DNA of 64,000 nt from assembly GCA_028286615.1 (NCBI GenBank), contig JAQBRG010000004.1, positions 111,867 through 175,866 of the forward strand, written 5' to 3'. Both the position numbers and the translations under genes were made by a program. The stretch is from Parcubacteria group bacterium. Lineage in GTDB: Bacteria > Patescibacteriota > Minisyncoccia > Phycocordibacterales > Phycocordibacteraceae. This document shows positions 9,024-17,014 of this stretch, piece by piece (the stretch's first letter is position 1; each line of letters opens with the position of its first letter). Below the pieces are notes generated by a model that had not been told where the DNA came from, did not search any database, and saw nothing but the letters and a program-made list of their open reading frames with translations.

Positions 9024-9407
9024 ATGAGGAAGTACCTTATAGTAAGCATCTTCGTTTTGGTTGCCGCTTGTGATCAGCCACCTCCTACTCCGCAACAGTC
9101 CGCGAAGCACTCCGCTGCTCTACAGGAGTGGAAAGACAACTGCACGGAGGAGAAACTCAAGACTTGTTTGGGGGCATTCGTGGTCTGGAGCAACTCCAGG
9201 ATCACACATATCGTGACGGGCCCTTCTCGGAGGGTGGGAGCAGACCTGCACGATGAGTACGCGACTTCCAATGGCTATATGAAGGATATGGTCGATCAAG
9301 ACACCAGCTACGGCTATATCGAAAAGATCGTGCGACCTGGCGAAGCTGACTGGTACGATACCGCCGTTGCGTTCAGTCGTCAGTTTTTGTACAAACCTGG
9401 GATGTAA
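9024..9407 (+). CDS. Hypothetical lipoprotein (signal peptide with lipobox LVAAC)
   Basis: MRKYLIVSIFVLVAAC is a lipoprotein signal. An AAAGGAG Shine-Dalgarno site lies upstream. GC is somewhat higher than the surrounding sequence. Confidence 0.55.
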   Translation: MRKYLIVSIFVLVAACDQPPPTPQQSAKHSAALQEWKDNCTEEKLKTCLGAFVVWSNSRITHIVTGPSRRVGADLHDEYATSNGYMKDMVDQDTSYGYIEKIVRPGEADWYDTAVAFSRQFLYKPGM

Positions 9408-9427
9408 CACCAGACAAGCTAACGCAA

Positions 9428-9455
9428 AACGGCGCGGACTCACATCCGCGCCGTT
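9428..9455. terminator. Bidirectional terminator (lipoprotein + / clpP -)
   Basis: Perfect 11-bp stem AACGGCGCGGA-CTCACA-TCCGCGCCGTT, sitting 3 nt from the clpP stop. A U-rich tract follows on the minus strand. Confidence 0.65.
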
Positions 9456-9458
9456 CGT

Positions 9459-10067
9459 CTATTTAACTTTGTAGACCTGGTCTACGATGCCGTATTTCTT
9501 TGCCTCCTCAGCTGTTAGGAAGAAGTCTCGATCTACATCACGTTCTATCTTCTCAAGAGGCTGGCCAGACTGCTTTGCGAGGATCTTGTTCAAACGATCG
9601 CGAAGAGAAAGGATACGCTTGGCACTAATTTCAATGTCTGTTGCCTGTCCTTCAGCTCCGCCGTGTGGCTGGTGGATCATGATGTCTGCATTTGGAAGAG
9701 CGAAACGCTTTCCTTTAGCTCCTGAAGCAAGAATGATAGAGCCCATAGATGCGGCCATACCAACTGCAACCGTAGCAACGTCTGGCTTCACGTGGTTCAT
9801 GGCGTCAACAATAGCGAGGCCTGAGTGTACGTGGCCACCCGGGGAGTTAACGTAAAGGTAGATATCTTTCTTCGGGTCCTCAGACTCAAGGAAAAGAAGC
9901 TGGGAGATGATGAGGTTGGCAACATCGTCATCAATACCGCCGCCAAGAAAGACGATACGGTCTTTAAGAAGTCGAGAGTATATGTCGTATCCTCGCTCTC
10001 CGAACTGGGACTTTTCTATAACCATTGGCACAAGCATGGAAGCGGAAGGGATTTTTGAGTTTTTCAT
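9459..10067 (-). CDS. clpP: ATP-dependent Clp protease proteolytic subunit
   Basis: The segment [35 protein letters not shown] plus the catalytic Ser/His/Asp context identify ClpP. The internal Met MKNSKIP was chosen as the start. Confidence 0.9.
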   Translation of the reverse strand: MKNSKIPSASMLVPMVIEKSQFGERGYDIYSRLLKDRIVFLGGGIDDDVANLIISQLLFLESEDPKKDIYLYVNSPGGHVHSGLAIVDAMNHVKPDVATVAVGMAASMGSIILASGAKGKRFALPNADIMIHQPHGGAEGQATDIEISAKRILSLRDRLNKILAKQSGQPLEKIERDVDRDFFLTAEEAKKYGIVDQVYKVK

Positions 10068-10158
10068 AAGCAAAGCGTTAGTAGAGGCATGGTAGCAGAA
10101 ATGGCAACAAAGGAAAAACCGCGATGTCTCCATCGCGATTTATCAAAGTATATCTAGC

Positions 10159-10557
10159 TTAGGCCGAGATCTCGCGGGAGCGTTCGGTCATAACGCGTTT
10201 GCGTTCATACTGTTGCCCGAGCTCAAAGAATATATGCCCGATTCCTTCCGCCAGCTCACGCACACCCTGGCTAGATTCACTGGTTGACCAGTACAATCCA
10301 ATCGCGCTTTGGACGCATCTTTTTTCAGTGTAGCCGGATCCCTTACGCATAGCTTCAATTAAAGACACCACTGCGCAAACTTCCCGGCATTCTTCAGCTG
10401 CTTCTTCATGAATCTCTTCGAGAGTGAGGTCGTCGTGCAGCATGCACGTCAAAGGAACACTGACGGGTTCAGTAGATCGGTATATAACCAGATTCAAATT
10501 CGGCAGAGCAATTTTATTTCGGCTACCAGCCATGGGAATCTCTCCTCTTTCTCGCAA
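10159..10557 (-). CDS. Hypothetical protein
   Basis: ORF of 132 aa upstream of clpP on the same strand. Confidence 0.4.
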   Translation of the reverse strand: MRERGEIPMAGSRNKIALPNLNLVIYRSTEPVSVPLTCMLHDDLTLEEIHEEAAEECREVCAVVSLIEAMRKGSGYTEKRCVQSAIGLYWSTSESSQGVRELAEGIGHIFFELGQQYERKRVMTERSREISA

Positions 10558-10595
10558 AACCTTACGCTTTTAACTAATGAGGGTCAATCACGTGA

Positions 10596-10823
10596 TTAGA
10601 TTGGATACGTTGAAGTTGCTCTCGCGTTAACCGTAGTGTCTTCTTCCCCTGTATCTGTTTGAGTATCTTCGGTCTGCGTCACCGGGATAACCTCAGTATT
10701 TTCAGTTGCTCGCTTATGCCACATGTACGCTGCACCCGCGACTATAACAATAAGGAGTACTACGATACTCAGTACGCTTCCGTATGAAGTGCGAACAACT
10801 GGGGCTTCGGGGTTCTGGTCCAT
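10596..10823 (-). CDS. Hypothetical small membrane protein
   Basis: 75 aa with a single TM helix (LSIVVLLIVIVAGAAYMW) and an acidic Thr-rich tail. Confidence 0.35.
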   Translation of the reverse strand: MDQNPEAPVVRTSYGSVLSIVVLLIVIVAGAAYMWHKRATENTEVIPVTQTEDTQTDTGEEDTTVNARATSTYPI

Positions 10824-10897
10824 GTAAATTACGTTAGTACGCTAAGTATAGTTTGAAGGTACGGTATTACAGCTGTGGACATGATGAAGAAAACAAA

Positions 10898-10926
10898 AGA
10901 CCCCGCAGATGCGGGGTCTTTTGTGT
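10898..10926. terminator. Intrinsic terminator downstream of ppa
   Basis: Hairpin AGACCCCGC-AGAT-GCGGGGTCT flanked by AAAACAAAA and TTTTGTG. Confidence 0.75.
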
Positions 10927-10936
10927 AAGACGTAAA

Positions 10937-11458
10937 TTAACTCTTCTTGTCGGTGTAGAGCTGGCAGGCGCGTGTAAACGCTTCTTCTGCATCAGCTTTT
11001 CCCTTGAAGTCTCCAAGAGATACTTCCTTCCCCTGAAGCTGTTTATAGGTTGAGAAGAAGTGCGCGATTTCTTTAAGCTGATGCTTGTTGAGATCGGCCA
11101 GATCTTTGATGTCTGCGAAACGAGGATCGTCAGCAGGAACAGCAATTATCTTTTCGTCTGCCTCGCCGCCATCAACCATGGGGAGAATGGCAACAGGACG
11201 AGCACGTACGAGGATGCCTGGGATAAGAGGGTAGGTAGTGAGTACTACTACATCAAGCGCATCGCCATCATCCCAAAGTGTCTGCGGTACGAAACCGTAG
11301 TCGAAAGGATAATCCTGCGCGCTGTGCATCACGCGATCAAGCGCAATGAGCCCAGTCTCTTTATCAATCTCATACTTATTCTTAGAACCTTTAGGAATCT
11401 CGATGATTACGTTCATCTCTTCCTTCGAACCTGGGTGAATGTCGTGAAGAAGGTTCAT
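10937..11458 (-). CDS. ppa: Inorganic pyrophosphatase (family I)
   Basis: The segments DYPFDYGFVPQT, DGDALDVVVL and GEADEKIIAV are typical of family I PPase. Confidence 0.9.
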   Translation of the reverse strand: MNLLHDIHPGSKEEMNVIIEIPKGSKNKYEIDKETGLIALDRVMHSAQDYPFDYGFVPQTLWDDGDALDVVVLTTYPLIPGILVRARPVAILPMVDGGEADEKIIAVPADDPRFADIKDLADLNKHQLKEIAHFFSTYKQLQGKEVSLGDFKGKADAEEAFTRACQLYTDKKS

Positions 11459-11463
11459 GCGGG

Positions 11464-12885
11464 TTACGCGTTATCGCTAATAGTTTCAGAAGACTCGTCG
11501 CGTGCCTCTTCAGCATCGCTAACTGAACCGTTGTCGGTCATCTTGGTCTCTTCCTCCATAGTAAGGGATGAGCCAGACGGATCTTCTTCTGTAACAACAG
11601 ATTCGGTCTCAGTTGGATCGATTCCTGCAGCAACTGCTGGGTCCATGTCTTCAGTACTGTCGGCTTCTGCAACTGATTCGTCTGAGGCTCCAGCTGGAGT
11701 TTCAGAAACCGTTACGCCTTCGCCATTAGATTCGGCAACGCTTTTGCCGCCAACTGATTCGATGTCAATGTTCCAGCCCGTGAGCTTGGCTGCAAGACGA
11801 ACGTTCTGCCCTCCGCGACCAATAGCGAGAGACTGCTGGTCTTCGGTAACAGTAACGGTTGCGCGATGATTCTCTTCGTCGAGCTTAACTTCAACGATAG
11901 TAGCGGGAGAGAGAGACTCCTTAACGAATGCGGTCTGGTCTTCAGACCATTCGATAATATCGATACGCTCTCCGCCAAGTGCTGCCATAACAGTAGAAAC
12001 ACGAACTCCGCGCTGGCCAACGAGTGAACCAACCGGATCTACGTGCGGATCGTTTGAAGCAATAGCAATCTTGGTGCGGCTACCCGGTTCGCGAGCAATA
12101 CCCTTAACCTCGATGCTTCCTGCAGCAAGTTCAGGCACTTCCATCTCAAAGAGACGAACGAGGAAGCGGGGGTGTGAACGGGAAAGACGGAGGTATACGC
12201 CACGGAATCCCTCATCAACCGCATAGAGGTATGCGCTAACGCGTTCTCCTGGACGGTATCGCTCTCCTGGAATCTGTTCCTCGTAAGGAATGATGCCGGT
12301 TGCGCGTCCGAGGTCGAGGAATATAGAACCGCGTTCAACGCGCTGGACGATACCCGTAACAACCTCGCCCTTCTTGTGGCCGAATTCGTCGAGGATAGAA
12401 AGCTTTTCAGCTTCGCGTATCTTCTGGATAACAACCTGCTTTGCAGTCTGTGCTGCAATGCGACCGAAGTCGTCCTGTGGCTCAAGAGGGAAGATCATCT
12501 CTTCTCCAACCTCAATACCACGCTTGATGCGCTTAGCGTCGTCTATAAGCATGTGCTTTTCAGCGTCAAAGCGAGGGAGCTCGCCTTCAGCAACTACTTC
12601 CTCATGCTCGTGCTGAGGGAAGTGCGGGTGCGGTACTTCTGCTTCCACCTCTCCTTCTTCAGGGAAACGGACCATAGTGTCGTCCACAACAAGCTTTACC
12701 TGCTCGAAAGCTACGGTGCCTGAGTTCATATCAAGCTTGCCGCGAACAACCTGTCCACGCTTTCCGTATTCCTTCTTGTAGGCAGTTGCCATTGCCTGCT
12801 CTATTGCGTCTACCATCACCTCCTTAGAGATGCCGCGCTCCTCGAACTCTCCGAGCACTAGATTTATTGTTTTGAGATCCAACAT
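11464..12885 (-). CDS. nusA: Transcription termination/antitermination factor NusA, with an acidic C-terminal extension
   Basis: The protein has an NusA N-terminal domain, an S1 domain (VVTGIVQRVERGSIFLDLG) and two KH domains (GQRGVRV, IGRGGQNVRLAAKLTGW). Confidence 0.9.
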   Translation of the reverse strand: MLDLKTINLVLGEFEERGISKEVMVDAIEQAMATAYKKEYGKRGQVVRGKLDMNSGTVAFEQVKLVVDDTMVRFPEEGEVEAEVPHPHFPQHEHEEVVAEGELPRFDAEKHMLIDDAKRIKRGIEVGEEMIFPLEPQDDFGRIAAQTAKQVVIQKIREAEKLSILDEFGHKKGEVVTGIVQRVERGSIFLDLGRATGIIPYEEQIPGERYRPGERVSAYLYAVDEGFRGVYLRLSRSHPRFLVRLFEMEVPELAAGSIEVKGIAREPGSRTKIAIASNDPHVDPVGSLVGQRGVRVSTVMAALGGERIDIIEWSEDQTAFVKESLSPATIVEVKLDEENHRATVTVTEDQQSLAIGRGGQNVRLAAKLTGWNIDIESVGGKSVAESNGEGVTVSETPAGASDESVAEADSTEDMDPAVAAGIDPTETESVVTEEDPSGSSLTMEEETKMTDNGSVSDAEEARDESSETISDNA

Positions 12886-12940
12886 ACCTTTCTGTATTTA
12901 ATTGTGCGCACCTTTATATATGTAAGGAAATAGCTTCCTT

Positions 12941-12968
12941 AAAAAGAAAGGTCCGCGGGTGCGGACAT
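12941..12968 (-). terminator. Terminator-like hairpin plus U-tract on the minus strand, immediately upstream of nusA
   Basis: Stem GTCCGC-GGGT-GCGGAC, followed on the minus strand by CTTTCTTTTT. It lies between a promoter-like element and the nusA start. Confidence 0.5.
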
Positions 12969-12982
12969 TTCAGATAGATAAA

Positions 12983-13003
12983 ACATACCATATATAGGTA
13001 TGT
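12983..13003. promoter_or_regulatory. Perfect inverted repeat ACATACC-ATATATA-GGTATGT upstream of the TetR gene (candidate operator)
   Basis: A 7-bp-arm palindrome in an AT-rich spacer, 80 bp upstream of the TetR start. Confidence 0.4.
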
Positions 13004-13082
13004 TGCGTCAATGCGAGGAGGAGAGTAAGGTTGCCGGTAGATAGGGTATTGTCCCACAGTCAATTGAATACAGGAGGACGAC

Positions 13083-13715
13083 ATGGAAGTCGCTCAAGAA
13101 ACAGTCCGTCAGCCTACCGCTCGGGCTATCTCCAAGATGAAAACAAAGGAAGGGGTCTTACGGGCAGCCCGCGAGCTCTTCAGTACGCAGGAATACGAAA
13201 GCGTAACCACTCGAGGTGTCGCCGAAAAAGCCGGCATGAGCACGGGGGCCATGTTCGCAAACTTCGAAAACAAGGCCGACCTGTTTGCTGCCGTTCTCGG
13301 GCAGGCTGTCGAAGAGCGCAGAAAGCTTATCGAAATCTCAATGGAGGAGGCGGAAGATTCTGCGGAGGAAGCACTGCTTGCCATTTTTTCCGCAGCCTAT
13401 ACCTTCCATTACGAGCAACGTACTCTATCGAGTTCTTTGATGGCCGCTTTGTGGATGCGGTATCCTGACGAAGTTTTGGCTCGCGCTACTTCCGAGATGC
13501 GCAAACAAGACAGCTTGTTTATCCATCAGGCTCTTTGGAAGGGTGCGGAGAAGGGGAAATTCCATGCCAAGCTCGCCTTGGACATGGATCTTGTTGCAGA
13601 CACTCTGCACGCACTTCTCTTATCTCAACAGTTTCTGTGTATGGCAGGGCACACCCTAGCAATCCATAAGGTGCACGCTCAGATAAAGTTGGTGCTCGGA
13701 ACATTGAGCAAGTAA
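13083..13715 (+). CDS. TetR/AcrR-family transcriptional regulator
   Basis: The N-terminal HTH GVLRAARELFSTQEYESVTTRGVAEKAGMSTGAMFANFENKADL is TetR-like. GC is high compared with the backbone. Confidence 0.8.
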   Translation: MEVAQETVRQPTARAISKMKTKEGVLRAARELFSTQEYESVTTRGVAEKAGMSTGAMFANFENKADLFAAVLGQAVEERRKLIEISMEEAEDSAEEALLAIFSAAYTFHYEQRTLSSSLMAALWMRYPDEVLARATSEMRKQDSLFIHQALWKGAEKGKFHAKLALDMDLVADTLHALLLSQQFLCMAGHTLAIHKVHAQIKLVLGTLSK

Positions 13716-13740
13716 GACATCTGGCATTAATGTAAGAAAT

Positions 13741-13776
13741 AGGCGCGCTACGAGATACTCGTAGCGCGCCTTTATT
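13741..13776 (+). terminator. Intrinsic terminator after the TetR gene
   Basis: 13-bp stem AGGCGCGCTACGAG-ATAC-TCGTAGCGCGCCT followed by TTTATT. Confidence 0.7.
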
Positions 13777-13894
13777 GACAATATAATTTAATACTGTACT
13801 CTGTCGTCAGTATCTAGCCACGTGGCTTACATCACCTCCACCTGAGGCGATCTACGATCTTTGTAATCGTCTCAAACCCAAAAAGGGAAAGAAA

Positions 13895-14347
13895 ATGAAC
13901 GAACGCATGCTTGGTCTTCCGAACGGCCGCAACCTGAGTAGCGAGCAGCGCGTTCGGCGCTCACTCATCGACCAGCTGCTTCGCTGGGGGATGCTCGGCG
14001 CGGTCGGGGTCTGTCTGGTGTTGATGGTCCACGCCGAATACAGATATCACCACCAACCCCTCCAACATTTGGCCATCAGTCACGATGGAAATCTGATCGA
14101 TGTGCCGGCAGGCCCTTACCAAACTGGCATCTATCGCGCGTTTCAAATCGCCAAAGACGCCAAGCGGCCGGTCTGTTTCGGTGGTGACATCCGTTACTTC
14201 TGCAACAAGGACTACGCACTATTCCAGCATCTCTGGGCCTATCATGACGCAATCTCAGTCAATGTTCCTGTCCGCGCCGGCGAGGAATTCACCCGCGACC
14301 GGCACGGCGTCTGGCACGATGGCCCACCCTCGCGCCTTCCGAAGTAG
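13895..14347 (+). CDS. Hypothetical membrane-anchored protein (island gene)
   Basis: 150 aa with an N-terminal TM helix (GMLGAVGVCLVLMV). Codon usage is high-GC. Confidence 0.5.
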   Translation: MNERMLGLPNGRNLSSEQRVRRSLIDQLLRWGMLGAVGVCLVLMVHAEYRYHHQPLQHLAISHDGNLIDVPAGPYQTGIYRAFQIAKDAKRPVCFGGDIRYFCNKDYALFQHLWAYHDAISVNVPVRAGEEFTRDRHGVWHDGPPSRLPK

Positions 14348-14507
14348 CCACCCGCGGGTCGTGTTTTGAGACGAAGCGCCCACCGAACCTAACTCGGTGG
14401 GCGTCTTCTTATTTACATACCGTGAGATATTTGACAAATACAGTATTTACCCTATAATCTACGCAGCACCATTCACATCCACAAGACTCAATCGAAGGGG
14501 TACGAAT

Positions 14508-15581
14508 ATGAGTTCCTTGAGAGTTAATCGTCGTTTTTTGCTTGCCACTGCACTCGGTTCGACTGCAGTGGTTGTTGGCGGCGCGGCTCTCATGTTGAGA
14601 AACCACGCCCCGACTCTGGAACAACCGAGCGCCAGCTCTGAATACCCGATGGGGAAACTCGCTGGTCGGAACATCGGGAGCCTCTACGCCATCTACATCG
14701 GCTACGAGGGCAAGATCCCGTCCAGACTTAAGATCAACTGGCCGCAACGCATGGAATACATGTGGACCGCTAAGGTCACCAACTCGCATAACAACCGAGT
14801 GGTGCGCCAGACGCGAGACAAGTTGCTGCCTGAGTTTGCGCACGGGGAACCCAAGCGCATGTCGCTCGCCGCCTATCTCAAGGTGGCGGACGGCCAAGCC
14901 GATCTTCTGCATAAGAAGCTCGACTGGGACAAGGTCGGCAGCATGTACTTCACCCGTCAGGGGAAGGTCAACAAGCGCAAGCAACGCCTCCTCAAGAATG
15001 TCGCAGGGCAGGTTCGGGGGAACGAGTTGATCGCCTACGCTCTGACCGAGCTCATGCCCGGTCAGAATGACGGCGCCTTCAACCGCGACTTCCTCGACTT
15101 CCTGCTTCGGCAAGGAGGAAGGGAATTCGTTGAACGCATTCCTGCGCTCTACGACGACCGCACGTCGTTCGGCACCTACCAATTCACCTCGTTCGCTCTC
15201 TACGACGTTCCGGGTGAAAGGCGCGGCGCTTCGAATGTGAACCAGGCGTTGCCTCCGATGTATCGGATTCCCGGGAGCGTGATGCTTCTCCGGGAGAACG
15301 ATCACTTCAAGGCGGCCTATCTGTTCGCCGTGCACAACCTGGCGGTTGCTATCGCCAGACTGGACGACAAGCAGGTGCACACCTTCGAACGCAATCGTCG
15401 GCAGAAGGTGGATTCCATCGTGGAGTTCATCGCCGTCGCGCACCACGGCCCTGCCGCCGCTTACAATGCTTGCGGACGCTGGCTCGACAACAAAGCCAAG
15501 CAACCCTTCAGGAACTCCTGCTCGGGTCGCTATCGCACCTACGCAAACAAGACGGCGAATAACTACAAAGCTTTGGCGTAA
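14508..15581 (+). CDS. Hypothetical secreted protein with a twin-arginine (Tat) signal peptide
   Basis: The start MSSLRVNRRFLLATALGSTAVVVGGAA has an RRFLL Tat motif followed by a hydrophobic region. Weak AYNAC and G-x-Y-Q motifs are reminiscent of lysozyme-like transglycosylases, but this is not established. Confidence 0.55.
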   Translation: MSSLRVNRRFLLATALGSTAVVVGGAALMLRNHAPTLEQPSASSEYPMGKLAGRNIGSLYAIYIGYEGKIPSRLKINWPQRMEYMWTAKVTNSHNNRVVRQTRDKLLPEFAHGEPKRMSLAAYLKVADGQADLLHKKLDWDKVGSMYFTRQGKVNKRKQRLLKNVAGQVRGNELIAYALTELMPGQNDGAFNRDFLDFLLRQGGREFVERIPALYDDRTSFGTYQFTSFALYDVPGERRGASNVNQALPPMYRIPGSVMLLRENDHFKAAYLFAVHNLAVAIARLDDKQVHTFERNRRQKVDSIVEFIAVAHHGPAAAYNACGRWLDNKAKQPFRNSCSGRYRTYANKTANNYKALA

Positions 15582-15597
15582 ATGCCACAAACTAAAA

Positions 15598-15636
15598 ACA
15601 CCCGAGTTGGTCCTGCCAATTCGGGTGTCTTTTTAT
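15598..15636. terminator. Bidirectional intrinsic terminator
   Basis: Hairpin ACACCCGA-...-TCGGGTGT with T-tracts on both strands. Confidence 0.7.
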
Positions 15637-15653
15637 ATACACTAGTCTCTATT

Positions 15654-15944
15654 TCATGCAGCCTCTCTAATTTCCTCCCCTGGAGCGATGGAGTTGAGGA
15701 TTTCAAGCGCTTCTTCTGTAGACTTTCCCTCACACGAAAGTACCTTTTCGGGATCTGCGGCGAATAGCGTACGAAGTTTGTCGTGCGCCTCGTTAGAATC
15801 ATGCGCGCTGATTACGCCGGAAGCGCCTGCATCTTTGAGTAGTACGTAATAAAGAGGATCGCCGCTAGTAAGTCGGACAGACTCGGGGGTGGGTTTAGCC
15901 TCCGAAGAAGGACCTTTAGCAAAGACATTTTCGTGTGAGTTCAT
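15654..15944 (-). CDS. Hypothetical small protein
   Basis: ORF of 96 aa ending at the bidirectional terminator. Low complexity. Confidence 0.3.
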   Translation of the reverse strand: MNSHENVFAKGPSSEAKPTPESVRLTSGDPLYYVLLKDAGASGVISAHDSNEAHDKLRTLFAADPEKVLSCEGKSTEEALEILNSIAPGEEIREAA

Positions 15945-16006
15945 ATATATAAATTGTACTGCATGTTTCCGTGTCTATAAACAGGAGGCAGGAGAGGGTT
16001 ATTGCC

Positions 16007-16034
16007 TTGACGATATGAGTTTTCTTAGTATAGT
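16007..16034 (+). promoter_or_regulatory. Sigma70-like promoter TTGACG-16-TATAGT
   Basis: Good -35 and -10 hexamers about 60 bp upstream of the 16094 ORF. A GAGGAGGG Shine-Dalgarno site precedes the ATG. Confidence 0.5.
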
Positions 16035-16093
16035 TGCGACAGTACCAATAGATTTTTGACTTCAACCTACTGCTCCCTGAGGAGGGCTAACGT

Positions 16094-16882
16094 ATGAACC
16101 GTACGCAATGGACTACCAGGCACGTCGTTATCGGCGTGGTTGGCGCAGGCGCGCTTCTCGTCGCAGGAATCATGCTGTTCGGCCCGAAGGCTTCGGCCAG
16201 GGTCGACGTGGTCGAGGGGATCAAACCCGTCTCCACGCAGATGCTCGGCATCGCCGGCACCATCGACGACATGGCCAAGCTTCCGGTGGCGGAACGTGGC
16301 GCCTATCTCGAGCGCAACTGGCCGCATCTCTCGGAGGACATGGTTTTCTTCCTCCAGCGGCGCGGCAAGATCGCTCCGGGTGTCGAACCCACGAAGGTCG
16401 AGTTCTACTTCGGCTCGATGGACAAGGTGCTCGCCGAGAATGGCGACGGCGGCCGGCAACGTGGCTACTTCGCGAACCAACTGGTCGCCGTGGTGACAGT
16501 TCCGGGCCAAAAGGATCCCATCAAGGTCCTGGTCCAATGCACCAACGGCACCTTCGCGCTCGTCGAAGACCTGCGCAAGCTGCAGGCCGTCGGCGAGCAC
16601 ACTCCGCAAATGCGCTTCACTCTGGGCGCAGGCGAGGGGTTCACGCGTCACCTCGACTACCCGGCGGCGATCCAGCTCGCTCAAGATCTGGGCAAGCCGC
16701 TCTTCCGCACCGGGCGTATGACTCCGGAGAACCGGATCACTCCGGATCAAGCGCGGGCCCTCGAGAGCAGCCTGGACTGGGTGCAGGTTACCGTCGGCAA
16801 CGTCTTCCAAGGCGACAAGGTCGACCTGATCGCCGGCACCTACACTCCGGTCAACGGCCAGGTGATCCGCTTCCATCACTAA
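16094..16882 (+). CDS. Hypothetical membrane-anchored protein (island gene)
   Basis: 262 aa with an N-terminal TM helix (VVIGVVGAGALLVAGIMLF) and a strong Shine-Dalgarno site. GC is very high (about 67 % in a 60-nt sample). Confidence 0.55.
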   Translation: MNRTQWTTRHVVIGVVGAGALLVAGIMLFGPKASARVDVVEGIKPVSTQMLGIAGTIDDMAKLPVAERGAYLERNWPHLSEDMVFFLQRRGKIAPGVEPTKVEFYFGSMDKVLAENGDGGRQRGYFANQLVAVVTVPGQKDPIKVLVQCTNGTFALVEDLRKLQAVGEHTPQMRFTLGAGEGFTRHLDYPAAIQLAQDLGKPLFRTGRMTPENRITPDQARALESSLDWVQVTVGNVFQGDKVDLIAGTYTPVNGQVIRFHH

Positions 16883-16912
16883 GCTTCAAGACCTCGATTT
16901 TTTCGAGGCAAC

Positions 16913-16947
16913 GCTCGTCGATTCATTTCGATGAGCGTTTTTCTTTT
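16913..16947 (+). terminator. Intrinsic terminator at the right edge of the high-GC island
   Basis: 9-bp stem (with one G-U pair) GCTCGTCGA-TTCATT-TCGATGAGC followed by GTTTTTCTTTT. Confidence 0.65.
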
Positions 16948-17014
16948 CCCCGCACACACAAATACGCGCACATGCCTTTGGTACGCGCGCGTTATACTTT
17001 GAATAAACAACGGC

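Noticed and set aside
10068-10133. 22-codon N-terminal extension of clpP ([10 protein letters not shown]...)
   Set aside because: The conserved ClpP N-terminus begins at MKNSKIP, and the extension is Cys/Phe-rich and not ClpP-like.
11060-11869. 269-aa + strand ORF spanning the ppa-nusA junction
   Set aside because: It is antisense to two well-supported genes and has no independent evidence.
14409-15590. 393-aa ORF on the minus strand, fully antisense to the Tat-signal protein gene
   Set aside because: The long antisense open frame is an artefact of high-GC codon bias. The plus-strand ORF has a clear Tat signal peptide, a terminator directly downstream on + and an upstream promoter, whereas the minus ORF has none of these.
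12941-17014. High-GC island as an integrative element or prophage
   Set aside because: There is no integrase, recombinase, transposase or tRNA attachment site, and I could find no flanking direct repeats. It is reported as a compositional island only.
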